From Saccostrea echinata (Eukaryota), in NCBI RefSeq assembly GCF_033153115.1, contig NW_026889754.1, forward strand, positions 17,670,001-17,734,000: DNA of 64,000 nt, read 5' to 3'. This document shows positions 1 to 13,928 of the stretch, piece by piece. The notes below the pieces were generated by a model that saw nothing but the letters and a program-made list of their open reading frames with translations, did not search any database and was not told the origin of the DNA. The translations under genes were made by a program, and so were the position numbers. Each line of letters begins with the position of its first letter. Positions within the stretch are counted from its first letter, which is position 1.

Positions 1-547
1 GTTGTTTGGCTGAAATTTGCTTCATCATAGAGAGCGACCCCCTTTCCCCCTTTCCCCACCATATCGCTATACATTGCATTTATTTGCTTCATCAGATGTA
101 TTAACCTTACATTTCTTATTCAAAGATGCTTTGATGTCCTCCTTATTTAATAAAAGATATTATATGTAATTCAAATTTTAATATTTTCTACTTGAAGAAC
201 AAAGCGAAAAAAAAAAAAACCCTTCGTATTTGTTATGCTAGATTTAACCTTCCTTTCATACACATTATCATTTATAGAACACCAATTACCGCTTTTCATC
301 ACTGAAATATGTTAGTACAAGAAAAATCTCTTTATACGTTGCTCGTCAATAAAAGGTCCAATGGTTTTTAATAATTTTCCTAAAGAAACCATTTAACCTA
401 CCGAAATGAATACTAGGGTAGCAAAAGGTTATCACACAATTCCACTTGGAGCAGATCAAATCTGGGTTTTATGGAGGAACCATTTTCCTGTTAAATCAGA
501 TGAGGAATTTGGTACAGAAGTAGAAAAATCATATTCCTTTCGATATC

Positions 548-3500
548 TTAATATCTCACCACTATGAACTTTCGAGGACCAGATATAACTCTGAAATAAT
601 ATGACCTTCTACTTGTTGTCACTTTAATAGGGTTTAGTGACCTACAACTGGACCCCACAACCCCTTCCAGACCCACATTAACAAGATAACGAGTATTGTT
701 ATAAACAAAAACGTTGACTAAAAATGAAAGTTTGAAAATTTTTATTTGCATGAATATCGGATTAAGATAAAATTTTAAAATAAAATGAACAGTTAATATC
801 CTGAAAAAAAGTCATGATAACTAGACCCTCCTTACCTGCATGTGATACAGATCCATCAGCGGACGAAGTTACTGAAAGAAAATGTAATTCTTAAAAATTA
901 TTCTATGACATTTACATAATTGCATGACATTTTTTATAACAAAAAATTTGTTTTGACCAGATGTTCTGAACTCTACCATTCAAACAAAGGGGACCTTCCC
1001 ATCCAAGTTCACATCCCTGTTCACAGATTCCTTGGATCTTTGAGCAGGATGTACCATTTTTACAATGGCCACAGTCAGATGAACAGTTTGATCCGTACTT
1101 GTATTCCAGACATTCTGAAAGTCACAAAAATGTTCTCATAACTTAAGGATGTTTAAATCAAAGATTTTATGTCAGATAAGCTTAATATAAGCTTTTGTGT
1201 CAATGTTAAAAAAATCCAGTGACAGCTGCATTTCCAGTTTGAAGGAAGTTTGCCTGAGTTTCTCCACAGGAGTCTATTCTTCTTTTTTAATGATGTTGTC
1301 ATAAAAAAGCTTTCCATTTTTGGGGGATTTCTTTTTTTTTTTTTATTTTCTTGATATATTAATATGACATATTTGTTGTCTTTCTTAGTTTTATATAAAT
1401 GAGTTCCTTGTTTTTGTCTTACTTGAAATGGTTAATGAATGTACATAAAGTCGAATTCTTTCAGAAAGGAAACGTATGCAGCTTTTTTTTTTTTTTTTTT
1501 TAAATTTCTTATGATATTTCTAGAAATTTAGTTGAAAGCTCAACTAATGTATATGTTAAGAATGGATAGAAAAATAACGAATTATGTTAGCTTAGCAAAT
1601 GTAAAACACTTAAATTAAACTTTTAAACGCAATCAGGTGATTGTTGAGAAACTGAGTAAATAAACATTTATTGGCATAAAAAACGGATTAGAAGTAATGG
1701 ACAGGATTTTATTCTTCATTAATTTCTTGTATGATTTTTATACACACTGCCTGAGGATGGTGGAACTTAAATTTCACAGTTTGTACATTTTTTTACGAAA
1801 AACAGATAAATGAATCTCTCAATATTTGAAAATCATTGGCCATAAATTGAAGAATCTTGAAACGTCAATGTTCCAACAGATTTACTTGTTTTCTCATCCT
1901 CTCCACGTATAATAAGTTAATTAAAACAAATTGATATACCCGATACAGAAATAAATTTTTTACATGTAGGTATATGGTTGAAATTTGTACTGTGGGTTTG
2001 GAGAATGAATAAGAAATGTGATCAAAAACACACCCTTTTCACCTCAGGAAACACGACAGGCGAAACTGGATTTTAAAAAATTATTACACCAGTGAAACAG
2101 ATTCTATAAAATAATTTACCATCACATTTCGAACCACTCCACCCTTCTTCACATCCTTGAGGACAGAGCCCGGTCAATTTGTCACAATGTGTCCTATTTA
2201 AACAATTTCCACAGCTTTCCTCACAGAATTCTCCGTAATACCCATTTACACATGCTGTTATGAAAAATAGAGTGATTTTTTTTAGTTTGTATCTTTTTCT
2301 TGTTGTCGAAAGAAAAGTCAATTGTTTTCCTTTAGATAATTTTGCAAAGAGTTAATGTATAGGTCGACTCTAATTGTCAAAGTTGATCAAATTGGCAATA
2401 AATGTATCCCTTCCCTCAAACGGTTTTTAAAAATAATTTTTTTTTTTATCTTATTCGATTTCTTACAACAATGAGGTTGTTCCATAGAGGTGTTGTTGCA
2501 CCCATATATACAAGAACCATTGAAAGCGTCGCATTGTCCATTGTGGCATCTTGGATTGCATGATGTACAGTTTTCTCCATAATGTTGGGATGGACATCCT
2601 TAAAATAAATTCAGATCAAGCAAACGAGTTAATTCCTTTGGATGACAGTACAAAATGATGAGCAAAATCAACATTGTGTGTCTAGTATGTCTTCACCTGC
2701 TTTGTCGTTTTTAAGAAAACATTTTTCGCGTGTTTTTTTTAAAGATTGATATTGATTTAAACTGATTTTACAGAATGTTATCCAAGTCAACATACCTATC
2801 ACATTAACTTCACATATCTCAATAGTAGCGAATGAAGGTTCATATCCTGTACAACTTGTTTTTAGGGGAGGATCCTTAGAGTTGTACAAAGCTATGCCCT
2901 GAGTCACTTTATTGACGGTGATGTTCATAACACGGCTGGGACAGGTTGAATGATCCTGAGTGAACACTCTTTCTCCAACACAATACGGTGGAATAAAGGA
3001 AGACTCATTGAACACAAATACCGAGAATCCTGTGTTCCTGTTTATAGCTGAAATTTTAGAATATACAAAATAACATTCCTTCTATATTGATTTTATTCAG
3101 TACTTGAAAGAAACACAGATAGTGATTTGATTTATTGCAAACATTTATAGCAGGAGAAATGTTAGGGACGGAGGAGGGTAAATAACGGTGGAAAGTATTC
3201 ATGCGATCACCATTTTGTTTTCTTATATTTATCAATATCACATTGATTTCTAAAATGCATGTTCATGCAATTCTTCAACCAAATAAAAATATTTCTATGC
3301 CTTCAGGTTTTGATATAGCAAGGATGTGTTTTGAGCAATAGTATCCCTTGACCATGCCTTTGACTTTGCCAATCCACCAATAATTTTACATTTATAAAAA
3401 AAAACAAATAGTAAAATATTAACATTCAGTGTAATTTTCTTTATGAATTCCATTTCCAATCGACGAAGTTCAAATCTCTAAAACATACGCGAAATCTTGT

Positions 3501-6500
3501 CACCGAGCGGTAGAATACACAGTAGGAAATATATGCATTTTCAATACTCTTGGAACACCAAAATGTATATTGTTTTGGCTCAATTTAATTAAAAAAAATA
3601 CCCTCGTAAATTATCGTAAAATTATAACAACTGTGCGTTTAAAATTAATTTGTCATCGTTTTTTCTCGAAATGTTCATTTGCGTTATTTAGCTTTCCAAC
3701 GTCACAAACGGCTCTTACGTCTATTAAGCACACCAGTTCTAAAAAGGCGATAAATTCATATAAAAGATAAAGGCAACAAACAATTATGAAGAGAGAAAAT
3801 TTGTGAATGTATAATTATATAATAACGCGCGGTATTCACGACCGACGATATAAAAAAAAATGCAATGCTTAATTAAATCACAATTCTTAAATGACATTTG
3901 TATAGGAAAACGAAAAACTTACTTGAATTTCGGAAAAAGATTTCCAAATAAGCTACATTAGACATGAGTTTTAGCGATAATTTCCACCAAGCCTCTCTGT
4001 AATGATCCTTAGCAAGGGTTAAGCTACACGTGCTTTCACCACGCTCCTCTTCAAGATATCCGTCAACTGCTTTGTCTGCTAAGTTAGTTACGTAAGAGTG
4101 ACTCTGTGATGCCACACCGGAATAAGCGTTTTCTTGACTAAGATTTTCTGCAAGGAATTCACACATCTCTTACAATATATTTCATTACAAAGATATAATT
4201 TTAGGCTTCTTTTTAAATAATTTATTATTAGCAGGTATTTGATTTATAATATGTTTTATTCATTCATCACATGTAATTCTGAATGCTCAAAAAATAACAA
4301 AAATATGCACGAAAGTTTTTTTTTATATGTGTTAGTTTCCAAAGTATGCTATGGGCCGATTTTCCCCGAACCTTGAAATATATATTGATGTTTACCTGAC
4401 GCACAAGTAGAGAACTGTACGCGCTTCATGAAATATGCCTGTGTGACAAGTCTGTGTGATTTACACACCAATAACTCACACAAAACTTAAAAACATTCCT
4501 TAATTGAGGGTATGCCCTTGCAATATAACGATTTATTACGACACTTCTATTACCCTTCAATGAATCTGCATACAAAGATACGGCAGTATCGCTTGTCTAG
4601 AGAATGTACGGGAAGTATATGAATAAAATCATAAAATAGACATCGCATCCAAGTTGATGGCCTCTTATATATCTGCAAATAATATTTTATTCAATTACAA
4701 AATACATTTTTCATTGTATAAAATATAACTTAATCCGCCTCTCACTGCTTACAAACTGCGTCAAAGAGCAAGGGCCATTCAGGTCTTTTTTGGCCCCATT
4801 AATTTCTGAAAAATTAAAACTGCGTACTTTTAGTCGACAAGGCAATAAATATCACTTAAACACTTGATGACTGAATTTCTACTAAAATTGACGTAATTTT
4901 TTTTTGCTAGTCAATGCATTATGACGTCATGAATTGCTTCATTATTCATATATTCCGAATATTTCCTTAAAAATGGCCAAAATATGATGCTATTTCAATA
5001 TTTTGTATAAATCACAACCTCCGATCCATAATGTGCAAATATATTATGAAAGAACTGCTTATTAAGATTACAAAACATCCTTTAATTTTTGGATCAAGCA
5101 GCGTGCTCATATTTTAATTCTTTGTTGAAGGTTCTAAAATTCACCTGTTTTCTGCAAAATTCAAGAACATTGCAATTTCACACAACCTGTTTTCCAGTAC
5201 CTGGACTCTTTAGAAGAAACCTTTATATACAAACTGAAAGTGCAAAGTCTCTTCTTTATATATTGATGTTGAAAAAGGGACACAATGTGTAAGTGGATAA
5301 ATTGGTTTATCTACAGGGCCATTTTATGCATAAAGTGAACCTAGCTCTTTTACGATATGACGTCACATTGACAAGTGCATTGCGATCAATGAATCGTTTA
5401 TATATTGCTGTGTGGGATTTAACCAACGACAAAAATACATGCAATAGTACGTACTGACGTAGTTTAAAGCTATCCTACAGATTAAAATAGCAAATCATTT
5501 CATTTTGTGGTAATTTGAAGAACATATACTTTTGTGTGATGTCATAGTAAGCATTTCCCGTATCACTCGGCACACCTCGGTCGATTCGAACCTCAATCTA
5601 TCCTCGGCTGTATCATGTAAACTTCCATTGAACCGGAGCTACTTTATACGCAAGATGGCTGCGCCCTACATTAACACGTGCACAGTGTGCTGAATTCGAT
5701 CCGTTAACAAACATGTGATTATGTAAAGATACTAAGTACATTTTTCTTGGTAAATGTTATTCTTAGTGTTACCTAAATGCTTTTGAAAATTTTTATTGTA
5801 CATCATATGCATGTTTATTATCGTTTTCAAAGCGTTACGTTTTCCCTAAGCGGTAAACTTGCAGCCTTATCACAAATGTTAAGCGGAAACGCATATCATG
5901 TTTCCTCGTACAGCCGAGGTTTGATGAAGGTGACGAATCAGCCGAGGTTTGCCAAATGTTCCCGTATAAATTCGGCCCCGCCTCCTTATTGTAGCCTTAA
6001 CTGTGCTGCGTACGGCCAAATGCAGAACCACGGGGTCTGGAGGAAACTAGGCCCCTAAATGCAAGGCATGCATGACCCACCGGTGAGTGGATATGCCCTT
6101 GTGTCTGCAAACCTAGCCCCTAGCTATGGGTCAAATAGCCTCACTGCCTTGTAGGAAGGCTTAGGAAAGTCAAAGGCTATGGAAGAAAATCCAGACAGAA
6201 AATTCGTGTACATGGGCAGGAAAGCAATTAAACACAATCTTCTAAGGGAAGGACAACCCTGAAAGAAAACCACTGGCCCTCCGAGTTCAGAGGGTTATGC
6301 TAAGGGCCAGCAACCCTAACATGGAAGTCTCTGGGGACGGCCTAATATGCTGACCAGCACGAAGAGGACTAAGTAAAGTAAGTAATACAAATAGCAGAAA
6401 TTTCAGAAACAGCCAACATTCATTCTTCCGTGGGACTCCGATTCATCCACAATACGTGCAACATCGTCGAGATGGTCCGCCGTTTCCAATTTATAATTAT

Positions 6501-9500
6501 TTCGATAAGTATTTAGAAGATACAATGGGACTTGGTACTCATCTCTAACCAGTATTTAATTTAGTGACACTAACAAAGTTTACCGATGGTGTGTCAATTA
6601 TTTCATCATTTAATTATTTATAAATTATTATTATTATTTTTTTTTTATAGTTTATTGTTTTATCTTTTCATTATCATTTTTTTTCTTTATTTTTATTTTA
6701 TTTTTTTTTTATTATTATTTACTTTCTACTGTCGAATAAATAAATTTTATGCACACACTAGTCGAAAGTAAATTTTACACACACTTCCATTATTTCTATG
6801 AAATAAAACTTTCAGGTCATGAACCACGCAATAGGAATAAACACCCATTCTATATTGTGAGCAGCCTCCCTTTAAGACTAGTTTTCTGCTGTTAATTTAA
6901 TACAAAATTTTTCATCCAAAAGCTCTCCTGCCCTACTTTATGTGTTGCATTACGATTTATCCTCCCCTCCCCCTCCACGTGTTGCATTACGATTTATCCT
7001 CCCCTCCCCCTCCACGTGTTGCATTACGATTTATCCTCCCCTCCCCCTCCACGTGTTGCATTACAATTTATCCTCCTTTCCCCCTCCACCGTTTTATATA
7101 TACACAAGCTTGAAATCTGACGTTGAAAAACTGCTTTGCTGCGATGAGACAGGCGGCGCATTGGACTATGCTCAAATGTTCTATACTTGAATCCACTCCT
7201 TTCAAGGCCGTAACTTTGCTCAAATTTTAGTGAGGCAAGGGATCTGAGACCACTCGAGTCCCAAATGAGTCCAAGATAGTGTCCTGAAAGGTGTTCGTAG
7301 TGGGTGGGTGAGTTACCGAAAGCTGGGTTTTAGTCAATTAAGAACTTAATCTTTGAAGTTTTTCTGTTTTTATTTATTTACATGCGTTCTAAACGATAAT
7401 GAAGCACCTGGTGGGATGATCAATTTACTGAAATTGAAAAAAAAAATTGAGGTTTTAATTTACTACGAAGACACACATAATTAATTAAAGTTAAAAGTAA
7501 AACTTTCTTCACTTTTCAGAAAACTTCAGAATTTTAGTGAGGCATTTACCTCACTTGCCTCAATGGTAGTTACGGCCTTGCCTTTAGAAACGCATGAGTA
7601 ATTAATGTCTACACCGTAGCAAGCCACGGGTTTTGTGCCTATTCTTTTCCACTTCGGAAATCAAATGAACCCAAAATCCATGACTTGCGACGGTGAAAAG
7701 TCTGGTACCATATGGATATCTTTCCCGGTCTTCAGTATATTAAAACGACAGAAGCGGTTTTTTTTCTAAGTATGTTGAGAAGTGAACTAAAAAATCGGGC
7801 AGAAAACGTTGTCAAGTGAGACTGTGCTACTCCATTTGAGAGGGCAGACGAAAAACAAATCCATAGAAATATAGGACTGGTGATATTTAATCATTATTAT
7901 TGGATACTTGTACGTGTCTGATTTTATGCGCATATTTTGATAATAAATCCTATTATGAAAATAATATTTTTCACAGTTATATCTTCAATGCTACAGATGA
8001 ATCAATTTGATTATGGTAATTAGGGTATTTCCCACAGGCACTTGTTTGGTATATAGGGCACCCCCTCCTTTCTCTTTTCACAAGATGTAACTCAATTTCA
8101 GCTCAACTCAATTTCACCCCCCCCCCTCTTCCTTCCACACACACATACACTTCAAGCTTGTATTTTATTAATTATCAATTATTAACCTTATTTAACATGA
8201 AATTGTTCGCTTTGAGAGACTTTTTTCCTTTTCTAATAAATCGCTCCAGACGTCCATCGTCGAGTGTCTATTTCAAACTACTCATTTATTCCTCGATTAT
8301 TACCTCAATACATTTTAAGGACTTTACAGAAGATACATCAACTTCTGGTAAGAGTTATAATATACGATAAAATAAGAGTCTTCGAACTTTTCATTCTGAG
8401 CCAAAAAAAAAAAAAAAAAAGAAAAAAAAAAAGAAAAAAAAAACTTAACCCTTGAAGAAAGATGGGAGAGGAGGGGGTGGTTAAGGCAAGGCAGTTTCCT
8501 TATTCAATTTTCTTCAGATACATGATTCTTCTTACCATTTTACAAGGGGTCCGTTTTCTTAAAAAGGGGTGTTTTCCAAGGTCAATTTTTCGTTACTTAA
8601 CGTCAGAAAGTTATTACGCTAAAAAATCAACAAGGGGGAGGGGGCCTCTAGACCTCTCAAAATTTGATATATGAGGCGGATCTAAGTTAAGAAAACTTAT
8701 ATAAAGGTGTATGATGGTATATTTCACACCACTGGTATTTGAATATAGGCAATGTTACGGAAATATATCTTACATATAATAAACTTATGTGCACAGTGCT
8801 CATAATGTACACATGTGATTCGAAATACCCTAATCTGTAGAGAGCTACATAAGTATGTTCATAATTATTTTTTTTTCATTTTTGCCGTGCAATTGCAGTT
8901 TAATTAAAAGCAATTTACATTTAAGGTTTTTTTAAGCTTGCTACATTGTTATTATATAATATTTTATGTTTCATATATCAACGACATAAGACAACTTGTC
9001 ATAAAAGCTTCTTAAACGGTTATTCATCGGCAAGGATAGGATCGTAAGTTTATTGATTAGGCCGGTGTAAAGACGAATAATGAACCCCATAGAATAATGA
9101 CCGGGGTCATTTTTTAACGACAAAAAATGATCCCCCAGCCGTAGAAAAAAAATAATTTTTTGAAGAAAAAGAGCCCTAGGGGTCATAATTTTATATGTGC
9201 GTCCTATTCAAAATTGCCCCCCCCCCATTGGAAAAGAACCCCTTTTCCAAAAGAGTGAAACACAATTTATAACAGGTGATTGATGCCAAGATTTGAACCT
9301 TAGTGTTTAATACTTCTAAAGTTATACCCTTTTTGATCAAAACTGGACGAAAGCGCATTTAAAATGCAGTAAAACAGCATTGCATTTACATGCATATTTC
9401 TATCTTTTAAGCCTACTGTGTTCTCAGCAAATCGCAAAATGGCTAATATTGGTTATAACTCTTAAGGTAATCTCCTTTTATGACTGTCTTCCATTTGTTT

Positions 9501-11916
9501 CATATTTGGATATTTGACTGATTATAGACATTCATATCTAAATAATAGACAAGCGGGATGTTCTAGGTTCTCAATAGTAATTCAGCATGCTTTGAGTACG
9601 ATCAACTTTTTTTTAAAAAAGTGAATAAAAAAATGAATGAGATAAGTTTTTGGAAATAAATGTGCAATGTAATATGAAAAAAAAATATTTTGAATGACAT
9701 AAAAAGCTGTGCAAATGAGGTAGAACATCGCAAATGACATAATATCACGTGCGAACGACATACTGTGGATATATTTCCTAACGATAAAAAAAAGGTGAAG
9801 ATAACGAACAAGGATGATTTTAAAATATCCATAAACTATACAATTCTGTTTATAGGGCATAAAAAAGGACCCCTGAAAATTTCAGAGGTACATGTAGGAA
9901 CAGGTGCCTAGAAAGAGTAAACATCCCCTGTTGACCCGTCACACCCGCCGTTAGCCCTATGAATAAATCAGGGGACATTCCGTTGTCGAATTTAGTATAG
10001 AAAAAAAAAAAGCCAAGCAGGTGACCCACTTATAAGTTATATTTGTTAACAGGGTCATTGATACGACGATTGAATTTAGGAAATGCTGACTTAAAACGAG
10101 GTTGTTTAAACACCTGTAACATCACGTTACATGTATCTGTCAGTAGCCTGCCTCGATTTAAAATTAACCGTGTTCTTGGGTATCGAATAATTTGGTAGAC
10201 GTTAACATCATATGCAAATGATTGCGGAATATTACTACATAAAGAAGGAAAGCTGAGGATGGAAAAACCTGAAGTCATCCCGCTTGTCAGACAATTTAGT
10301 TGTTATTTGGTCTTTTCGTCTATAGTCAGTAGGACGTCCAAATATTAAGCAGACGTTGCAGACATAAAAAGGACATGAAATTTCTGCATGTCTGAAATAT
10401 ATACAACCGTATAATATGCATTCAATTTTATTTATAAACAGTGGTCTGTGGTAATTTCTTTTCAAATACTATAGGAATAATAAAGAAGAATCCCAGTAAT
10501 AAACATATTGCTACGCCTGACATTTTTATTTTCTACATTGCACAAAAACTAGATTTCAAATGCAAAATTAACACTGTTTATGCTTATGATAACTCCGATT
10601 CCATCACAAATGTAAATGTAAACAAGAAACTTGACATGTTTGCTTGAAGACCTTACTGTTATTCTTAGGTTTCTTTTCCACTATTTTTATTATTGTTTTT
10701 TTCCTACCAATTTTGTGCACGCGAGCTCTCGGAAACGGCTCATTTGATTTTCATGAAACTTTCAGGTCTGGTAGAACATCAAAAAATCTAGATATATATA
10801 TTTTTTCATTTTGATGACGTCACTTCTTGTCCGGAGATTTCTGCGATTCAGTGATATTTAGAGGGTCACTTTGTCCGCTCGTTTTCTAAAGAAACACTTA
10901 TAATAGGAACTTGATATTTTCAGTGATGATAGAGCAATGTTTATAAATGTGTACTTAGTAGTTCATCTTCCCGGAAGTGCCGCACGTTGGCGCTCGGTAT
11001 GCTCTGAAAATAGTCATATTGAGATTATCAAATTTTTTAGCATTTTTTCAAGAATATCTCTTTACTTGTAAATATTTTGTTAAAACCTATTGAACAAAAG
11101 TTGTGCAGAATGAGAAGCTCTTTCATTTGATATCAACAAATAGGGGCTGGCCCCTAAAATAAGGGATCTACAAGGGCTAAAATATTTTTCTTAATATCTC
11201 AAAAACTATTGAGAATTTGTGATACATCAAAGAAGCAAAATTGTTCAAAATGACAAGTAGAAGCGAATAAGATTGTCGAAAGTCGTCAAATGACGTCACT
11301 TCCGGCCAAAACGGAAGTAGTTAGAAAATGAATATTTTTACTGTATTCGACATATTATTGGTTAATTTATGTAAGCAGAAGCGTCCAACCAAATTTTTCA
11401 TCCCTCGACATCACTTCCGGTCAAACCGGGAGTAGCCAGAAATAGCTTATTTTGCAGGTTTTGATGCAAAACTGAAATTTTAAAGTCACTGGAGACGTCT
11501 TAACTCATTCCTTTCTTTTGTTGACGTCCCTTCCAGTCAAAACAGGACGGAAGACTCGTTGCTTTGCAACGAGCTTTGTTCAAGCTATCTTTTTATTTTT
11601 GTTTGTAATAGTTGCTAATTGAGTCATCTCCAGTGCAGAGTTGTGCAAAGTACAGCGGTAAGGTAAATTAAGGAAACGCGGGGTGATTCGACACAGTGTA
11701 AATGGTATTTTTCCAACAACCACTTGGACTACTGTCACAAAGTAAATGGTGATATATACATGTGGCTACTTGAAATATAAACGTTTTTGTACTTTTGAAT
11801 GCATGATAACATAAAAAAGATATTTGAAAGATTTATTTATCACTTACATGTATCAGGACAAGATATATTGAGGAATGATAAACTTGTACGTAGTGCATTC
11901 TGAACCATGCAACCAT
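548..11916 (-). CDS. Gene B: paralogous F-type-lectin-like + 3 EGF-like protein (MEGF/SCARF-like); 3' end uncertain
   Basis: Exons 11848-11916 (MVAWFRMHYVQVYHSSIYLVLIH, tentative), 4396-4438 (AYFMKRVQFSTCAS, tentative), 3923-4147 and 2796-3047 (lectin-like), 2467-2598, 2120-2254 and 977-1114 (EGF), 836-871 (VTSSADGSVSHA), and a candidate last exon 548-717. Clear homology to gene A, e.g. [11 protein letters not shown] and [14 protein letters not shown] are identical. Confidence 0.75.
977..2598 (-). CDS. Gene B EGF-like exons (2467-2598, 2120-2254, 977-1114)
   Basis: [34 protein letters not shown]..; CVNGYYGEFCEESCGNCLNRTHCDKLTGLCPQGCEEGWSGSKCD; ECLEYKYGSNCSSDCGHCKNGTSCSKIQGICEQGCELGWEGPLCLN. 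All are phase 1-1 with GT-AG boundaries. Confidence 0.9.
2796..4147 (-). CDS. Gene B F-type-lectin-like domain exons (3923-4147, 2796-3047)
   Basis: GVASQSHSY..ADKAVDGYLEEERGESTCSLT..AWWKLSLKLMSNVAYLEIFFRNS|TINRNTGFSVFVF..IEICEVNVIG. Intron positions are the same as in gene A. Confidence 0.87.
4766..5347. mobile_element. Non-autonomous Spy-like DNA transposon (582 bp)
   Basis: Termini GAGCAAGG...CCTAGCTC are flanked by AAA and TTT with no TSD. An inverted copy lies at 28415-28991. Confidence 0.7.
5569..5953. mobile_element. MITE with ~45-bp imperfect TIRs
   Basis: ggcacacctcggtcgattcg..cctcggctgta versus tacagccgagg..cgaatcagccgaggtttgcc. Confidence 0.55.
5974..6385 (+). mobile_element. Short non-autonomous RTE-clade retroelement derivative (5'UTR fused to 3' tail)
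   Basis: GC-richer island with an RTE-5'UTR-like stretch (ggccctcc..gagggtt..gggccagcaaccc) and a 3' end acgaagaggac(taag)n. Confidence 0.45.
6942..7090. repeat. 37-bp minisatellite, ~4 copies
   Basis: Repeats of gtgttgcattacgatttatcctcccctccccctccac. Confidence 0.9.
7203..7580. mobile_element. MITE
   Basis: 13-bp perfect TIR CAAGGCCGTAACT/AGTTACGGCCTTG, with CCTTT on both sides and an internal repeated ttttagtgaggca. Confidence 0.7.
9860..10315 (-). mobile_element. Degenerate Penelope-like retroelement fragment
   Basis: Frameshifted TTKLSDKRDDF../FSILSFPSLCSNIP..AY..QIIRY motif typical of the C-terminal part of PLE RTs, followed by the common gtgtgac(c/g)ggtc(g/a)acaggggatg..ggcacctg segment. 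Confidence 0.65.
10643..11580 (-). mobile_element. Helentron-type non-autonomous element (HINE-like)
   Basis: gaagacctt subterminal motif, (TTA)n tract and terminal hairpin ctcgttgc-ttt-gcaacgag. Same architecture as 30010-32124 in the opposite orientation. Confidence 0.55.
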
Positions 11917-12280
11917 TGAAATTCCCGACAAGGTAATGGTTCATTCTTAATTATAAACTATAGACAAATGATTACAAAATGTGCTACAAATGCAATCTTT
12001 ATATTTTTAACTTATGAACAGATTGTATCCCGTACGAATTTGTTTGTGTTCGCATTTGAAAAATAAAAGGTGATATATACTTTTCCTACGAAAATGCTGT
12101 GTATAATCATGTACGCTAACGTATTTTTATTTCCGGACTTATTATTTATAAAAAAAAAAAATTAATACTGTTCCCACTCAATAACCGTTAAGCCAATAAT
12201 TTTATACACAAAATATTAAAGTGATTATGCATGGGAAAATATTTAATTTGATCAAAGTTTACTGATTTTCAATAAAAAAT

Positions 12281-12523
12281 AGTCGCCCGCGTGGGGCAGT
12301 GGTTAGGGCGTTTGCTCTAGTGTCGCGGTGTAAGATGATCTTTCGGACGAGATAGTATAAACGGATGTTCCGTGTCGCAATAGGTGCTGGCACGAAAAAG
12401 ATCTCTGCTCAATGGCCCTGAGTGCCAATTTGCAGCCCTCCACCGGCAAGTGGTGGCGTCTCCATAAGAGTAAAAAATTCTCGAAAGGGACGATAATAAA
12501 CAAACAAACAATCAAACAAACAA
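12281..12523 (+). mobile_element. tRNA-derived SINE
   Basis: A-box gtggggcagtggttag, shared core ctgctcaatggccctgagtgcc and a (CAAA)n tail. Confidence 0.75.
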
Positions 12524-13928
12524 AACAATGAAAAAGATTTCGCTGAGCAGCTGGTGTTTAGCGTAGTTGTGTGACGTCACCATTGCATATTACTTCATTT
12601 TTGCATAATTATAAGTAGCTTTGATCTCATTGTAAACAAAACATAAAGGACTTCCAAAAAAACATTGTTCAAAAATCGTAAAATTTCTCGGTCGTTTATA
12701 GCAGAGAATAACGTACTTTGTTCTTTATGTTTGCTTTGGACTATTCTTTGAATTTCATGATTATATCACCGAGCAAAATTAACATTTTTGAAATAAATAA
12801 CTTCAAACTTCTTATTATATTATACTAAATTTGGGCGTTTATCTGTTAAATTCTCTATCTATTATTATTGTGTGTCCACTGTTTAATTGATTGTGTCTCA
12901 TTCTCTTTGAAGCAGGATTAAGACATTCCAGTTGACTTTGAGTGACTGTCAAAAGAATTGATACTCGTTAGGTGTAAATGCCTCAGGACCTGTTAATCTT
13001 ATATCAAAAACTTTGTTTATATAATTAATTAGCATTTTTTTATGTCCATTCTATCAAAGAAACACACCTGTCCATCAATTAATTCAGCCAGTGTCATAAT
13101 TCAGTTACTGTTTACTCTCTATCTAGCAAAAATCTATTTCCATTATACCTTCTTCAGTTTGGAGGCCCGATGCTCGAACGGCCACATCCTACTTGATGGG
13201 ATAAAACTTGTAAACTATTGTTGAAATTCATGTTGATTGTTATTTACCATCTTCTATAGTAAATTCGGAAATCTGATTTTACCAGTTCTTGGACTTTATA
13301 TTGGAAGACCAAAAGGAATACGGCACCTTTCTTATTTCCATTATAGTATGACCCACAGCGCTGCTACATATTACCCGCCAACATTCCCTTTTCCCAGTTT
13401 GTGCTTAAAATGCGAATATAGTCCACGAATTGCTTTTATAACTTTATAAACAAAATCTACCTGGTTATAATTACATTAATCTACAAAAACGCACTTTTGC
13501 TTGAAATGTTAAAGCGCGTGTGATACAGAAGTGAATGTCTTTAACCAGAATAAATACATATTTTTTTTCAATGCCTTGCAACAAAATACATTACCCAGAC
13601 ATTTTGCTCCGCCAAGAAAAAGAAATGCAAGATAAAATGACGTAATGGATTTCTCCATTTTGCGGCTCTTTTAATCCACAGAAACGTTCCACTGTGAAAT
13701 GACTAACGAAAAATGAGGAAGTATATTTTTTTAATTGTATATTGACACTAGGCATGTAAATTCGATTAATTAATTACATGTAACAATAGAAAATATAAAC
13801 ATTTACCTGAGGTCAAGTAATTTCTTCCTCAAACTACACATGCATTTGTATATTTTGCTCAGCCTGATCTCTCGAGTTTCATTATTTGAAAAGGACACAT
13901 GCAAATGAATCTGAAAGACAGGACTTCG

